NCBI GenBank assembly: GCA_937927565.1
Contig: CALBDV010000148.1
Span: forward strand, 1-39,589
From: an uncultured Holophagales bacterium
GTDB lineage: Bacteria; Acidobacteriota; Thermoanaerobaculia; UBA5066
Direction: 5' to 3'
Length of the DNA stretch: 39,589 bases
In this document: positions 25,598 to 34,028 of the stretch, in pieces
Layout: every line of letters begins with the position of its first letter
Numbering within the stretch: the first letter of the stretch is position 1
Position numbers and translations under genes: made by a program
Notes under the pieces: model-generated
What the model was told of the DNA's origin: nothing
Database searches by the model: none
What the model saw: the letters and a program-made list of their open reading frames with translations, nothing else

Positions 25598-26152
25598 GTG
25601 ACCGAAACCCCGAAGCGTCTCTATGACCTGGTCTTCCTGATCGTCCCCGAGAAGGACGAGCAGGGAACCGCCGAGGTCGTCGAGGAGTTCCGCAAGCTCC
25701 TGACCGACCTGGGTGCCGTCCTCGAGAAGGACGAGTCGATCGGCCGCCGCCGCCTCGCCTACCAGATCAGGAAGAAGACCGAGGCGACCTACCACAACTT
25801 CCTCTTCCGGGCCGATTCGAAGGCCGTCACCGAGCTGCAGCGGAAGATGAAGCTCTCGGAGAACGTTCTTCGCTACCTCACCGTCCGGATCGACGAGGAG
25901 CTTCGGCACGGGCAGAAGATCGCCCGCAAGGTGAAGGCGCGCCCGTCGCGGGCCATTCCGGCCTCGCCCGAGGCCATGACGGCCCCGCCGGCAGTCCCGG
26001 CCGCTCCGCCCGCCGAGGTCGCCGAAGCCGTTCCGGCTCCCGAGATCGCCCCCGCCCCCGACTCCGCCGCGGCGACGGCGCCCGTCCCGGCCCCTGAAAT
26101 CGCACCGGCCCCCGAGGCCGCTGCCGAAGCGCCGGCCCAGCCCGAGAGCTGA
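25598..26152 (+). CDS. rpsF: 30S ribosomal protein S6 with a long Pro/Ala/Glu-rich C-terminal extension
   Basis: GTG 25598 is preceded by AAGGAGG (25587-25593). Motifs: YDLVFLIVPE...GRRRLAYQIRKKTEATYHNFLF...VLRYLTVR. The last 85 aa or so are low complexity. Confidence 0.93.
   Translation: MTETPKRLYDLVFLIVPEKDEQGTAEVVEEFRKLLTDLGAVLEKDESIGRRRLAYQIRKKTEATYHNFLFRADSKAVTELQRKMKLSENVLRYLTVRIDEELRHGQKIARKVKARPSRAIPASPEAMTAPPAVPAAPPAEVAEAVPAPEIAPAPDSAAATAPVPAPEIAPAPEAAAEAPAQPES
26030..26116 (+). repeat. Two copies of an 11-codon unit (VPAPEIAPAP[D/E]) in the S6 tail
   Basis: Copies at 26030-26062 and 26084-26116. They differ at six synonymous third positions plus one D/E change. Confidence 0.85.
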
Positions 26153-26170
26153 TCGAGGAGAGGAAGAACA

Positions 26171-26431
26171 ATGGCTGCTCCGTCCGGTCCCGCCCGCCGC
26201 CCCGCGAAGAAGAAGTTCTTCGTCCGCAGGAAGCGCGTCTGCAAGTTCACCGTCGAGAAGATCGGCTACATCGATTTCAAGGACGTCAAGCTCCTCCAGA
26301 GCTTCGTCCCCGAGCGGGCCAAGATCCTCCCTCGTCGCATCAGCGGAACCTCGGCCTTCTACCAGCGCAAGCTCGCCACCGCGATCAAGCGCGCGCGCTA
26401 CCTGGCGTTCCTGCCCTACGTCGCCGACTGA
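26171..26431 (+). CDS. rpsR: 30S ribosomal protein S18
   Basis: The protein reads ..[71 protein letters not shown]. Confidence 0.95.
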   Translation: MAAPSGPARRPAKKKFFVRRKRVCKFTVEKIGYIDFKDVKLLQSFVPERAKILPRRISGTSAFYQRKLATAIKRARYLAFLPYVAD

Positions 26432-26450
26432 CGGATCCTCGTCCGGCCCC

Positions 26451-26477
26451 GCCCCTCCGGCTCCGCGCCGGAGGGGC
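26451..26477 (+). promoter_or_regulatory. Hairpin after rpsR whose 3' arm contains the SD of the next ORF (terminator/attenuator-like)
   Basis: GCCCCTCCGG, loop ctccgcg, CCGGAGGGGC: a perfect 10-bp stem, followed by TTGCCGTTTCT. The GGAGG at 26470-26474 lies inside the 3' arm, 3 nt before TTG 26478. Confidence 0.45.
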
Positions 26478-27449
26478 TTGCCGTTTCTGGCCCCGCCGCT
26501 GGCAGGGCTTTCTGCCGCCCTTGCGGCGGTCCTCCCTCCGCTGGCCCCGTACCTTCTGCCGGCCGCCGCGGCCCGGCTGGCACGAGCTTGTCGGGAGATG
26601 AAGAGCCCGGCGGCGGCCTTTCCCCTGGCCGCGTCGGTCCTCCCGTTCGCGACGGTTTTCGGCCTTCTCGGGGGCGGGACCGGGGCGATCCTCGCCGCCA
26701 CCTGCGCTCTCTCTTTCGTCGCCCTGCCGGCACTCGGTCTCGTTGCCGGGGCGACGCCGGGCCGGCGGCGCGAGGAGCTCGTCTGGCTTTCCGCGGCTCT
26801 TTCGGGCGTGGGAGCCCTCGGCGCGATCCTGGCGGTGGCGCTCGTGGAAGGTGTCGATCCAGGGGCGTTCCTCGCACTGAAGCTCGATGCCCTGCGGCCC
26901 GAGCTGCTGGAGTTCTACCGCAACAACGGATGGACCGAAGAGACCCTCGCCGCGACAGGGGCGGCCTTCGATCGGATGCGCGACCTCGTCGCGTGGCAGC
27001 TTCCCGGGCTCGTCCTCGCCGCGTGCGCGATCCACGCCGCGCTCCTCGTCTATGCGTTCGGGCGCCGTGCGGGCCTCGAGGAGGCGCCGCTGGAACCGGG
27101 GTCTTTCGCGACTTTCAGGACGCCTCTCGCGGCCGCGGCCGCGTTCATTCCGGCGGGAGCCCTCGCCGCCCTCGCCGACGGATTGGCGGCGCGGGCGGCC
27201 GTCGTGATCCTGATCCCGCTCGGCACCTTGTTTTTCCTCCGAGGGATGGCGATAATCCGCGCTCTGCTCGACAGGGGGCGTGTCGGCCTCCTGATCCGAG
27301 CACCGGTGTACGTTCTCGCCGTCCAGATGCCGATACCGGTCCTCGTGGCGATCGGAGGGCTCTTGGATGAGTTCCTCGACTTCCGGGGGAGGTTTTCCCG
27401 GAGGGAAGGCGGAGAAGAGAGCGACGGCGGCTCGGGAAGAAGGGAGTAA
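26478..27449 (+). CDS. Polytopic membrane protein, DUF2232/YybS-like by position (between rpsR and rplI) and topology
   Basis: 323 aa with multiple TM segments and an acidic/basic C-terminal tail. The start is uncertain: TTG 26478 (SD GGAGG 3 nt upstream) or in-frame ATG 26598. The family call rests on synteny with the Firmicute yybS-rplI arrangement plus hydrophobicity, not on motifs. Confidence 0.6.
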   Translation: MPFLAPPLAGLSAALAAVLPPLAPYLLPAAAARLARACREMKSPAAAFPLAASVLPFATVFGLLGGGTGAILAATCALSFVALPALGLVAGATPGRRREELVWLSAALSGVGALGAILAVALVEGVDPGAFLALKLDALRPELLEFYRNNGWTEETLAATGAAFDRMRDLVAWQLPGLVLAACAIHAALLVYAFGRRAGLEEAPLEPGSFATFRTPLAAAAAFIPAGALAALADGLAARAAVVILIPLGTLFFLRGMAIIRALLDRGRVGLLIRAPVYVLAVQMPIPVLVAIGGLLDEFLDFRGRFSRREGGEESDGGSGRRE

Positions 27450-27456
27450 ACGGAAC

Positions 27457-27909
27457 ATGTCCGACGTGAAAGTGATTCTGACCGACGAGGTGCGTGGCCT
27501 AGGCAACCGGGGCGAGGTCGTCTCGGTGGCCGCCGGGTACGCCCGCAACTTCCTCCTTCCCAAGGAGCTCGCCTACCTCGCCACGCCGGGGAACGTGAAG
27601 CGTCTGGAACAGGAGAAGAAGCGCTACGACGTCTCCCAGGCGAAGGAGAAGGACCAGGCTGCGACCGTCGCGAAGGCGTTCGAGGGTCTGACCGTCACCG
27701 TCCGCAAGAAGGCGGGAGACCACGACGCGATCTACGGCTCCGTGACGGCGTCCGAGCTGGCCGCAGCGCTGGCGGCCAAGGGGATCACCGTCGATCGCCG
27801 GAGAATCGACCTCGAGGAGCCGATCAAGCGGCTCGGAACGCACACGGTTCACGTCCGCCTTCACCGCGAGGTGATCGCGGCCCTCAAGGTAGAGGTCGTC
27901 GCGGCGTAA
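27457..27909 (+). CDS. rplI: 50S ribosomal protein L9
   Basis: ATG 27457 gives MSDVKVILTDEVRGLGNRGEVVSVAAGYARNFLLPKELA... 150 aa, in frame with track ORF 27367..27909. Confidence 0.95.
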   Translation: MSDVKVILTDEVRGLGNRGEVVSVAAGYARNFLLPKELAYLATPGNVKRLEQEKKRYDVSQAKEKDQAATVAKAFEGLTVTVRKKAGDHDAIYGSVTASELAAALAAKGITVDRRRIDLEEPIKRLGTHTVHVRLHREVIAALKVEVVAA

Positions 27910-27933
27910 CGTCCTTCGGCTACGGCCGATCTT

Positions 27934-27961
27934 CGAAAGCCCCGCTTCGGCGGGGCTTTCG
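27934..27961. terminator. Bidirectional intrinsic terminator between convergent rplI and the PBP gene
   Basis: CGAAAGCCCCGC, loop TTCG, GCGGGGCTTTCG: a perfect 12-bp stem with a TTCG tetraloop. It is flanked by T/A-containing stretches on both sides. Confidence 0.75.
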
Positions 27962-27993
27962 TGCTTTCGGGGGCCTTCGTCGCGAGGCGGTCG

Positions 27994-30423
27994 TCAGCCT
28001 GGAGGACCGCTACCGGCGGAAGCTCCCGGCCTTGGTGGTGGACGGGTCCCGTTCGCGGGTGGCGGCGTGTCGTCGAGCTTCACGTCGGCCCCGCTCGGCT
28101 CTCCTCGCTTGGGCGCGTAGACCGCCTTCTGCAGGTACTGGGGAAGCGTCGACACGGCATGCGGCCGGTCGCCGCAGAGCTCGGTCGGCTGCGTCCCGTT
28201 CGAGAACGCGCCGAGGACGACCTTCGAGCAGGACGGGGTCGCTCGGTAGCCGGTCGCAAGGTCGAACGGAACGAAGACGACCCCCTGCGGAACGTCGAAG
28301 TCGTCGGCCGGCTTCACGAGTCCGGCCTCCTTCATCCGCGCCACGATCCCCATCCAGATCGGCAGGGCGGTATCGCCGCCGGTCGATTTCGCCCCGAGGC
28401 TCTTCTTGGCGTCGTGCCCGACCCACACACCGATCGTGTGCCTGGGCGTGACGCCGATGAACCATGCGTCCGTGTGGTCGTTCGTCGTCCCGGTCTTCCC
28501 GGCGATGCGCAGGCCGAGAGCTTTCGCCCGAGCCGCGGTACCCCTCTCGGTCACACCTTCGAGCATCTTCAGCATCACGTAGGACTGCGCCGGCGCCGCC
28601 GCCTCCGTCGGGTCGGGCACGTTCTCCTCGAGGAGGACCCCTTCGGCGTCACGGATCCTCTCGACGAGCCTGGGAGGGTAGAGAAGCCCCTGGTTGGCGA
28701 AGACCGAGTAGGCGGTCGTCATCTCCATCGGGGTCACCTCGAACGATCCGAGCGCGAGCGACGGGTAGGCGAGGAGATTCTGGCGGATGCCGAGGCGCCG
28801 GGCCGTCTCGATCACCTTCCGGGTCCCCACGAGGAGGTCGACGCGGACCGCGGGAACGTTGATCGAGTTCTCGAGGGCGTGCTGGTACGTCAGGATTCCG
28901 CCGTACTTCCGGGTGTAGTTCTGCGGCTGCCATGGAGCCTGGCGGGGGTCGATCGTGATCGAGATGGGCGAGTCGAGGACGGTGTCGGCCGGCGTGAAGC
29001 CCGCCTCGATGGCGGTCATGTACACGATGGGTTTGAATGCGGACCCCACCTGGCGGAGCGCCTGGACGGCCCGGTTGAACTTCGAGCGGGAGAAATCGTA
29101 CCCGCCCACGAGGGCGCGGACGGCGCCCGTGCCGTTCTCGAGGACGACGACGGCACCCTCCACGGCCGGCTCCTGCGAGACGATCGTCTCCTCCTTGCCG
29201 CCCTCGTCCACGAGCCGTTCGAGGAGGACCAGGTCCCCGCGGCGCACGGCCTTCGCCGGGCTCTCGGCACGTGTGAAGCGGAACGCCTTCGCGGGCAGGG
29301 CGATCCGGCGGTCCTTCACGCGCAGCTCGGCCCCGGTCTTCGAAGCGGACAGGACGACGGCGCGCTGAGCGCTCTGCTCCACACCCTGCGCGACCGCCTC
29401 CTCCCACTCCGGGTCGTGGTACTTCTCGGGGTCGATCCCGTCGTCGACGAGGTTTCGGGGCTTTCGAAAGCCGAAGCGTCGTTCCTGCCTCCGGAGGCCC
29501 CGCCGGAGCTCCTCCTCGGCCCACGTCTGGAGGCGCGGGTCGAGCGTCGAATCGACGCGGAGCCCCTGACGGTACAGCCCCCGGTCCCCGTAGGTCTTCT
29601 CGAGGTACTGGCGGACCTCCTCGCAGAAGTAGGGGCCGATCGTCGCTTCGCGGGCGGAGCGGGAGAGGGCCAGCGGTGCCTCGCGCGCGGCCGCAGCGCT
29701 CGGGCCATCGATGTATCTCTCCTCCAGCATTCGTCGCAGGACCAGGTCGCGGCGCGCCTTGGCGGCCGACGGGTTCCGGATGGGTGAGTAGGCCTCGGGA
29801 CGCTGGATGAGGCCCGCAAGGAGCGCAGCCTGGGGGAGGGTGAGGTCCTTTGCAGGCCGGTTGAAGAACCACTTCGACGCCGCCTCCACGCCGTAGTTGC
29901 CGTGGCCCAGATAGACCTGGTTGAGGTACATGGTCAGGATCTGGTCCTTCGAGTACCGCTTCTCGATCTCGACCGTGAGGAAGACCTCGTTGATCTTCCG
30001 GGCGAACGATTTCTCGGGAGTCAGGAAGACGAGCTTGGCGAGCTGCTGAGTGATCGTCGAAGCGCCCTGCTCGAGGCTGCGCGTGGCGAGGTCGCGCAGC
30101 GCGGCCCCGCCGATCCGGATGATGTCGACGCCGCCGTGATCGTAGAAACGGGCGTCCTCGGCCGCGAGGACCGCCTTCACGAGGACGTCGGGAATCTGCA
30201 CCCGCGTGACGAGGAACCGGCGCTCGATCGCGAACCGGGCGACGATCGTGCCGTCGGAGCCGCGGATCTCCGTGACGATGTCGGGGCGGTAGGACGCCAG
30301 CTGCTCCACTTTCGGGACGCGGATGATCTGGGAGGCCGCCCAGCCCGCGCCGATCCCGAGCCCCGCCGCGAGGAGGACCGGGAGGAGGAGGACGAGGATC
30401 GCGGCGGCGCGGCGGCCGATCAC
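27994..30423 (-). CDS. mrcA: Class A penicillin-binding protein (bifunctional glycosyltransferase/transpeptidase, PBP1A-type)
   Basis: GT51 motifs: EDARFYDHGGVD, GASTITQQLAK and RKINE. Transpeptidase motifs: SAFKP, SINV (SxN) and KTGTT. The TM anchor is AAAILVLLLPVLLAAGLGIGAG. I prefer GTG 30423, which has TGtGAGAAT 6 nt upstream. Alternatives are ATG 30489 and the track's 30708, which would overlap the divergent gene. Confidence 0.85.
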   Translation of the reverse strand: MIGRRAAAILVLLLPVLLAAGLGIGAGWAASQIIRVPKVEQLASYRPDIVTEIRGSDGTIVARFAIERRFLVTRVQIPDVLVKAVLAAEDARFYDHGGVDIIRIGGAALRDLATRSLEQGASTITQQLAKLVFLTPEKSFARKINEVFLTVEIEKRYSKDQILTMYLNQVYLGHGNYGVEAASKWFFNRPAKDLTLPQAALLAGLIQRPEAYSPIRNPSAAKARRDLVLRRMLEERYIDGPSAAAAREAPLALSRSAREATIGPYFCEEVRQYLEKTYGDRGLYRQGLRVDSTLDPRLQTWAEEELRRGLRRQERRFGFRKPRNLVDDGIDPEKYHDPEWEEAVAQGVEQSAQRAVVLSASKTGAELRVKDRRIALPAKAFRFTRAESPAKAVRRGDLVLLERLVDEGGKEETIVSQEPAVEGAVVVLENGTGAVRALVGGYDFSRSKFNRAVQALRQVGSAFKPIVYMTAIEAGFTPADTVLDSPISITIDPRQAPWQPQNYTRKYGGILTYQHALENSINVPAVRVDLLVGTRKVIETARRLGIRQNLLAYPSLALGSFEVTPMEMTTAYSVFANQGLLYPPRLVERIRDAEGVLLEENVPDPTEAAAPAQSYVMLKMLEGVTERGTAARAKALGLRIAGKTGTTNDHTDAWFIGVTPRHTIGVWVGHDAKKSLGAKSTGGDTALPIWMGIVARMKEAGLVKPADDFDVPQGVVFVPFDLATGYRATPSCSKVVLGAFSNGTQPTELCGDRPHAVSTLPQYLQKAVYAPKRGEPSGADVKLDDTPPPANGTRPPPRPGASAGSGPPG

Positions 30424-30429
30424 GGAGGT

Positions 30430-30438
30430 ATTCTCACA
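30430..30438 (-). promoter_or_regulatory. Extended -10-like element TGtGAGAAT (minus strand), 6 nt upstream of GTG 30423
   Basis: The minus strand reads cgTGtGAGAATacctccGTG. The same TGnGAGAAT element precedes ygfZ. Confidence 0.45.
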
Positions 30439-30487
30439 CGCGGTCGGGTTCCGTCCCGAGCGGCGGGCGGCCCCGGGAGGAGAGATC

Positions 30488-30913
30488 ATGAGCAGCGCGG
30501 TACCGCCCCCGATCGTCCCCGGAGACGGTTCCCTCGGGCCTCTCGGGACGAAGGATCCCGAGTCGCGCGGCTGCATGAAGTGGGGCCTCGTCGGCTGCGC
30601 GGTCCTCTCGCTCGTCGCCATCGCCGGGATGGTCCTGTTCCTTCGCCGGGCGCCCCAGCTGATGGAGTCCCTCCTCGGGGCGACGGAGGCGCAGGTCGTC
30701 TCCGCCATCGCTCCTGAGGTGCCGGCCGCGGACCGGGACGCATTTCGCAGGGAGTACGCCGCGTTCGTCGCCGCGGCGAAGGCGGGGAAAGCGAACCCGG
30801 AGGGGATTCACTCGGTCCAGAAGAAGATCGTCGAGTCGCTGCAGGACAGCCGCGTGAACGCGGAGGAGCTCCAGGCCATCACCGAGGCGCTGCGCGCGAT
30901 GCCGAAGACGTGA
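30488..30913 (+). CDS. Small single-pass membrane protein of unknown function, translationally coupled to uvrB
   Basis: GGAGG (30476-30480) lies 7 nt before ATG 30488. The TM segment is [21 protein letters not shown], followed by an Ala-rich helical C-terminal domain. The stop overlaps the uvrB GTG (GTGA, 30910-30913). An alternative start is ATG 30575. Confidence 0.6.
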   Translation: MSSAVPPPIVPGDGSLGPLGTKDPESRGCMKWGLVGCAVLSLVAIAGMVLFLRRAPQLMESLLGATEAQVVSAIAPEVPAADRDAFRREYAAFVAAAKAGKANPEGIHSVQKKIVESLQDSRVNAEELQAITEALRAMPKT

Positions 30914-32901
30914 GCCGGTTCGAGGTCATCTCCGACCTGACGCCGCAGGGAGACCAGCCTGCGGCGATCGAGGCGCTCGTCCGCGGTTTCCGCGAGGAGA
31001 AGCAGCACCAGGTCCTCCTCGGCGTCACCGGGTCGGGAAAGACGTTCACGATGGCCAAGGTCGTCGAGGCGCTCGACCGGCCCGCGCTCGTCCTCTCGCA
31101 CAACAAGACGCTCGCCGCCCAGCTCTACCAGGAGTTCAAGCGGTTCTTCCCGAAGAACCGGGTCGAGTACTTCGTCTCGTACTACGACTACTACCAGCCC
31201 GAGGCGTACGTTCCGCAGTCGGATACCTTCATCGAGAAGGAAACGCAGATCAACGAGGAGATCGACAAGCTCCGCATCGCGGCCACGGCCGCGCTCTTCG
31301 AGCGGCGCGACGTCATCATCGTCGCCTCGGTCTCGTGCATCTACGGCCTCGGGAGCCCCGAGTCGTTCGGGAAGATGTCGATCGAGCTGAAGGCCGGGGC
31401 GCGCTACGGCCTGACGTGGTACCTCAAGCGCCTCGTCGAGGCGCAGTACGAGCGGTCGCACCTCGACCTCGACCGCGGGACGTTCCGCGTGAGGGGCGAC
31501 GTCCTCGAGATCCACCCGTCGTACGAGGACACCGGAATCCGCGTCGAGTTCTTCGGCGACGAGATCGAGAAGGTCTCCCGCGTCGACCTCCTGACCGGGA
31601 GGGTCCTCGAGGCGCTGGGAGAGTTCGCCCTCTACCCGAAGTCGCACTACGTCACCCCCCAGGAGGTCCGCGAGCGGGCGCTCGGGTCGATCGAGGCCGA
31701 GCTCGTCGTGAGGGTGGAGGAGCTGACGGCGCAGAAGAAGCTCCTCGAAGCGCAGCGGCTCGAGCAGAGGACGCGTTTCGACCTCGAGATGATCCGGGAG
31801 ATCGGCTACTGCTCCGGCATCGAGAACTACTCCCGGCACCTCTCGGGCCGCGCGCCCGGGGAGCCGCCGCCGACCCTCCTCGACTACTTCCCGGCCGACT
31901 ACCTGACGATCATCGACGAGAGCCACCAGACGCTCCCGCAGGTGCGTGCCATGTACCACGGCGACCGCTCCCGCAAGGAGACGCTCGTCGAGTACGGCTT
32001 CCGCCTCCCCTCGGCCCTGGACAACCGGCCGCTGAAGTTCGAGGAGTGGCTCGAGCGCGTCGGGCAGAGGCTCTATGTGTCCGCCACCCCGGCGCCCTAC
32101 GAGCTCGAGCAGGCGGGAGGCGAGGTCGTGGAGCAGGTCATCCGCCCGACGGGGCTCGTCGACCCCCGCGTGGAGGTGAAGCCCGTGAAGGGGCAGGTCG
32201 ACGATCTCCTCGGCCGCGTCCGCGAGCGGGCGGCGAAGGGGGAGCGGACGCTCGTCTCGACGCTGACCAAGCGGATGGCCGAGGACCTGACGAACTACTT
32301 CCTCGAGCTCGGCGTGCGGACCCGCTACCTCCACTCCGACGTCGAGACGCTGGAGCGGGTCCAGATCATCGGAGACCTGCGGCGGGGCGTCTTCGACGCC
32401 CTCGTCGGCATCAACCTCCTGCGCGAGGGGCTCGACCTGCCCGAGGTCTCGCTGGTCGCCATCCTCGACGCCGACAAGGAGGGGTTCCTGCGGTCGGAGA
32501 CGTCGCTCATCCAGACCTCCGGGCGCGCGGCGCGAAACCTCAACGGCCTCGTCGTCTTCTACGCCGACAAGGTCACCGACTCGATGCGACGGGCGATGGA
32601 CGAGATGACCCGGCGACGCACGACCCAGGAGGCGTACAACCTGGAGCACGGGATCGTCCCGGAGTCGATCGTCAAGGCGATCGACTCGCCGCTCCTCCGG
32701 ATGTCGAACCTCGACTACGGAAGCGTCCCGGCCCTGCGCGGCGCGGGCAAGGACGCCCTCCGCGACGACCGGTCGATCGAGGAGGAGATCACCTCGCTCA
32801 CGAAGAGGATGAAGGAAGCCGCGCGGGAGCTGGAGTTCGAAACGGCCGCGCAGCTGCGCGACCGGATCCGCGAGCTCAGGGGGATGCAGGTCTTTCGGTG
32901 A
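30910..32901 (+). CDS. uvrB: Excinuclease ABC subunit B
   Basis: Motifs: [10 protein letters not shown], Walker [25 protein letters not shown], and the helicase motif LTKRMAEDL...YLHSD..TLER. The C-terminal UVR domain contains EFE.AA.LRD.I..L. Confidence 0.97.
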   Translation: MSRFEVISDLTPQGDQPAAIEALVRGFREEKQHQVLLGVTGSGKTFTMAKVVEALDRPALVLSHNKTLAAQLYQEFKRFFPKNRVEYFVSYYDYYQPEAYVPQSDTFIEKETQINEEIDKLRIAATAALFERRDVIIVASVSCIYGLGSPESFGKMSIELKAGARYGLTWYLKRLVEAQYERSHLDLDRGTFRVRGDVLEIHPSYEDTGIRVEFFGDEIEKVSRVDLLTGRVLEALGEFALYPKSHYVTPQEVRERALGSIEAELVVRVEELTAQKKLLEAQRLEQRTRFDLEMIREIGYCSGIENYSRHLSGRAPGEPPPTLLDYFPADYLTIIDESHQTLPQVRAMYHGDRSRKETLVEYGFRLPSALDNRPLKFEEWLERVGQRLYVSATPAPYELEQAGGEVVEQVIRPTGLVDPRVEVKPVKGQVDDLLGRVRERAAKGERTLVSTLTKRMAEDLTNYFLELGVRTRYLHSDVETLERVQIIGDLRRGVFDALVGINLLREGLDLPEVSLVAILDADKEGFLRSETSLIQTSGRAARNLNGLVVFYADKVTDSMRRAMDEMTRRRTTQEAYNLEHGIVPESIVKAIDSPLLRMSNLDYGSVPALRGAGKDALRDDRSIEEEITSLTKRMKEAARELEFETAAQLRDRIRELRGMQVFR

Positions 32902-32913
32902 GTCGGGGGAGCC

Positions 32914-33921
32914 TCAGAGCTTCGCGATCCTCGAGGCCATGACGACACCGTCACGGCCCCGGAACCCTTCGACCCGCACCCTGTCCCCGATTCCCGGCTC
33001 ACCTCGGACGGTCGTGACGGGCGAGACGAGCACCTTCGTCTCGCCGACGAGCCAGGTCGCCGTTCCCAGCGGGCCATCTGCCGCGATGCGAACCACGATC
33101 CCTTCGAAGGCGACTTCCGTCGCGACGGGAGGAGTGATCGGGGCCTTCGCGATGAGGAGCGCCAGGAGGGAGCCGTCCGGCAGCTGACGGACGAGGACGT
33201 CGACCTCGTCGCGAACCTTCGGGTTCCCGACGACCTTCGTCTCGGCGTCCACCTTCACGACGGTCTTCGTCCCGTCCCGAAGGACGAGCGCCCAGGATTC
33301 GGTCCCGATCGAGTCGACGAGCCCGCGTACGCGTGAGGTCGGCAGAGGGCTCGGCGACAGCTTCATGACCCGGTTCGCGACGAGGGCCCCCGAGTCGGCC
33401 ATCGCGGCGACGAGAACGAGCTCTCCGGCCCGCACGTCCTCGAGACCGGCCTGCCCGGCGCCGTCCCTGGGGCCGCCGAAGACGGTCCGGTCGGTCACCT
33501 TCGCCACGAAGCCGAGGACGGTCAGGGTTCGGGCGGCCGGGTCGACTGCATCGACCCTGCCGGTCAGGGTCACGTCGAACTTCTGCGCGAGGACGACGAT
33601 GCTCCTGGCCTTCGGCATCGTGGGCGCCGGCTCGACGAACGCGACGATTCGCTGTCCGATCTCGAGGTCGACCGTCGTTCCGGAGGTTCCGTTCGAGAAC
33701 CGGACCGTCGCGCCGGTCGCGTCGAAGGACACCAGGCCGTCGAGGAGCGTGACGATCGGTCCGCCGTCGACGAACGGGATGTTGAGAGAAGTGATGGTCC
33801 CCTCGATCGCCGACGAGGGCGGGCCTTCGAGCGCCGGTGCCGTCCGGGCGTCGGCGGAGGCCGGGAGGGCCAGGAGGAGGAAGAGCGCGACAGGGAGGAA
33901 GACGGGTCGAACGAGCCTCAT
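32914..33921 (-). CDS. Secreted protein with four DUF5666-like beta-rich repeats
   Basis: ATG 33921 is preceded by an AGAGAGG SD and gives the signal peptide MRLVRPVFLPVALFLLLALPASADA. Four modules of about 70 aa follow, of the type G.V.S....F.V.G..V.V...T.....L..G..V.V.G. The family call is from pattern memory only. Confidence 0.7.
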   Translation of the reverse strand: MRLVRPVFLPVALFLLLALPASADARTAPALEGPPSSAIEGTITSLNIPFVDGGPIVTLLDGLVSFDATGATVRFSNGTSGTTVDLEIGQRIVAFVEPAPTMPKARSIVVLAQKFDVTLTGRVDAVDPAARTLTVLGFVAKVTDRTVFGGPRDGAGQAGLEDVRAGELVLVAAMADSGALVANRVMKLSPSPLPTSRVRGLVDSIGTESWALVLRDGTKTVVKVDAETKVVGNPKVRDEVDVLVRQLPDGSLLALLIAKAPITPPVATEVAFEGIVVRIAADGPLGTATWLVGETKVLVSPVTTVRGEPGIGDRVRVEGFRGRDGVVMASRIAKL

Positions 33922-34028
33922 GAAATACCTCTCTTCACCGGGGAGCGAGGGCACCGGTTCCGGACGTGCACATTGTCTCTCTTCCGAAGTGTCCGCACAG
34001 AGCGACATCTCACGCGGGCCGGACGCTC

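Noticed and set aside
30424-30487. SOS/LexA operator upstream of the small-ORF/uvrB operon.
   Set aside because: I found no CTGT-N8-ACAG, GAAC-N4-GTTC or other obvious palindrome in the 64-bp spacer. The LexA box of this lineage is unknown to me, so absence is not proven.
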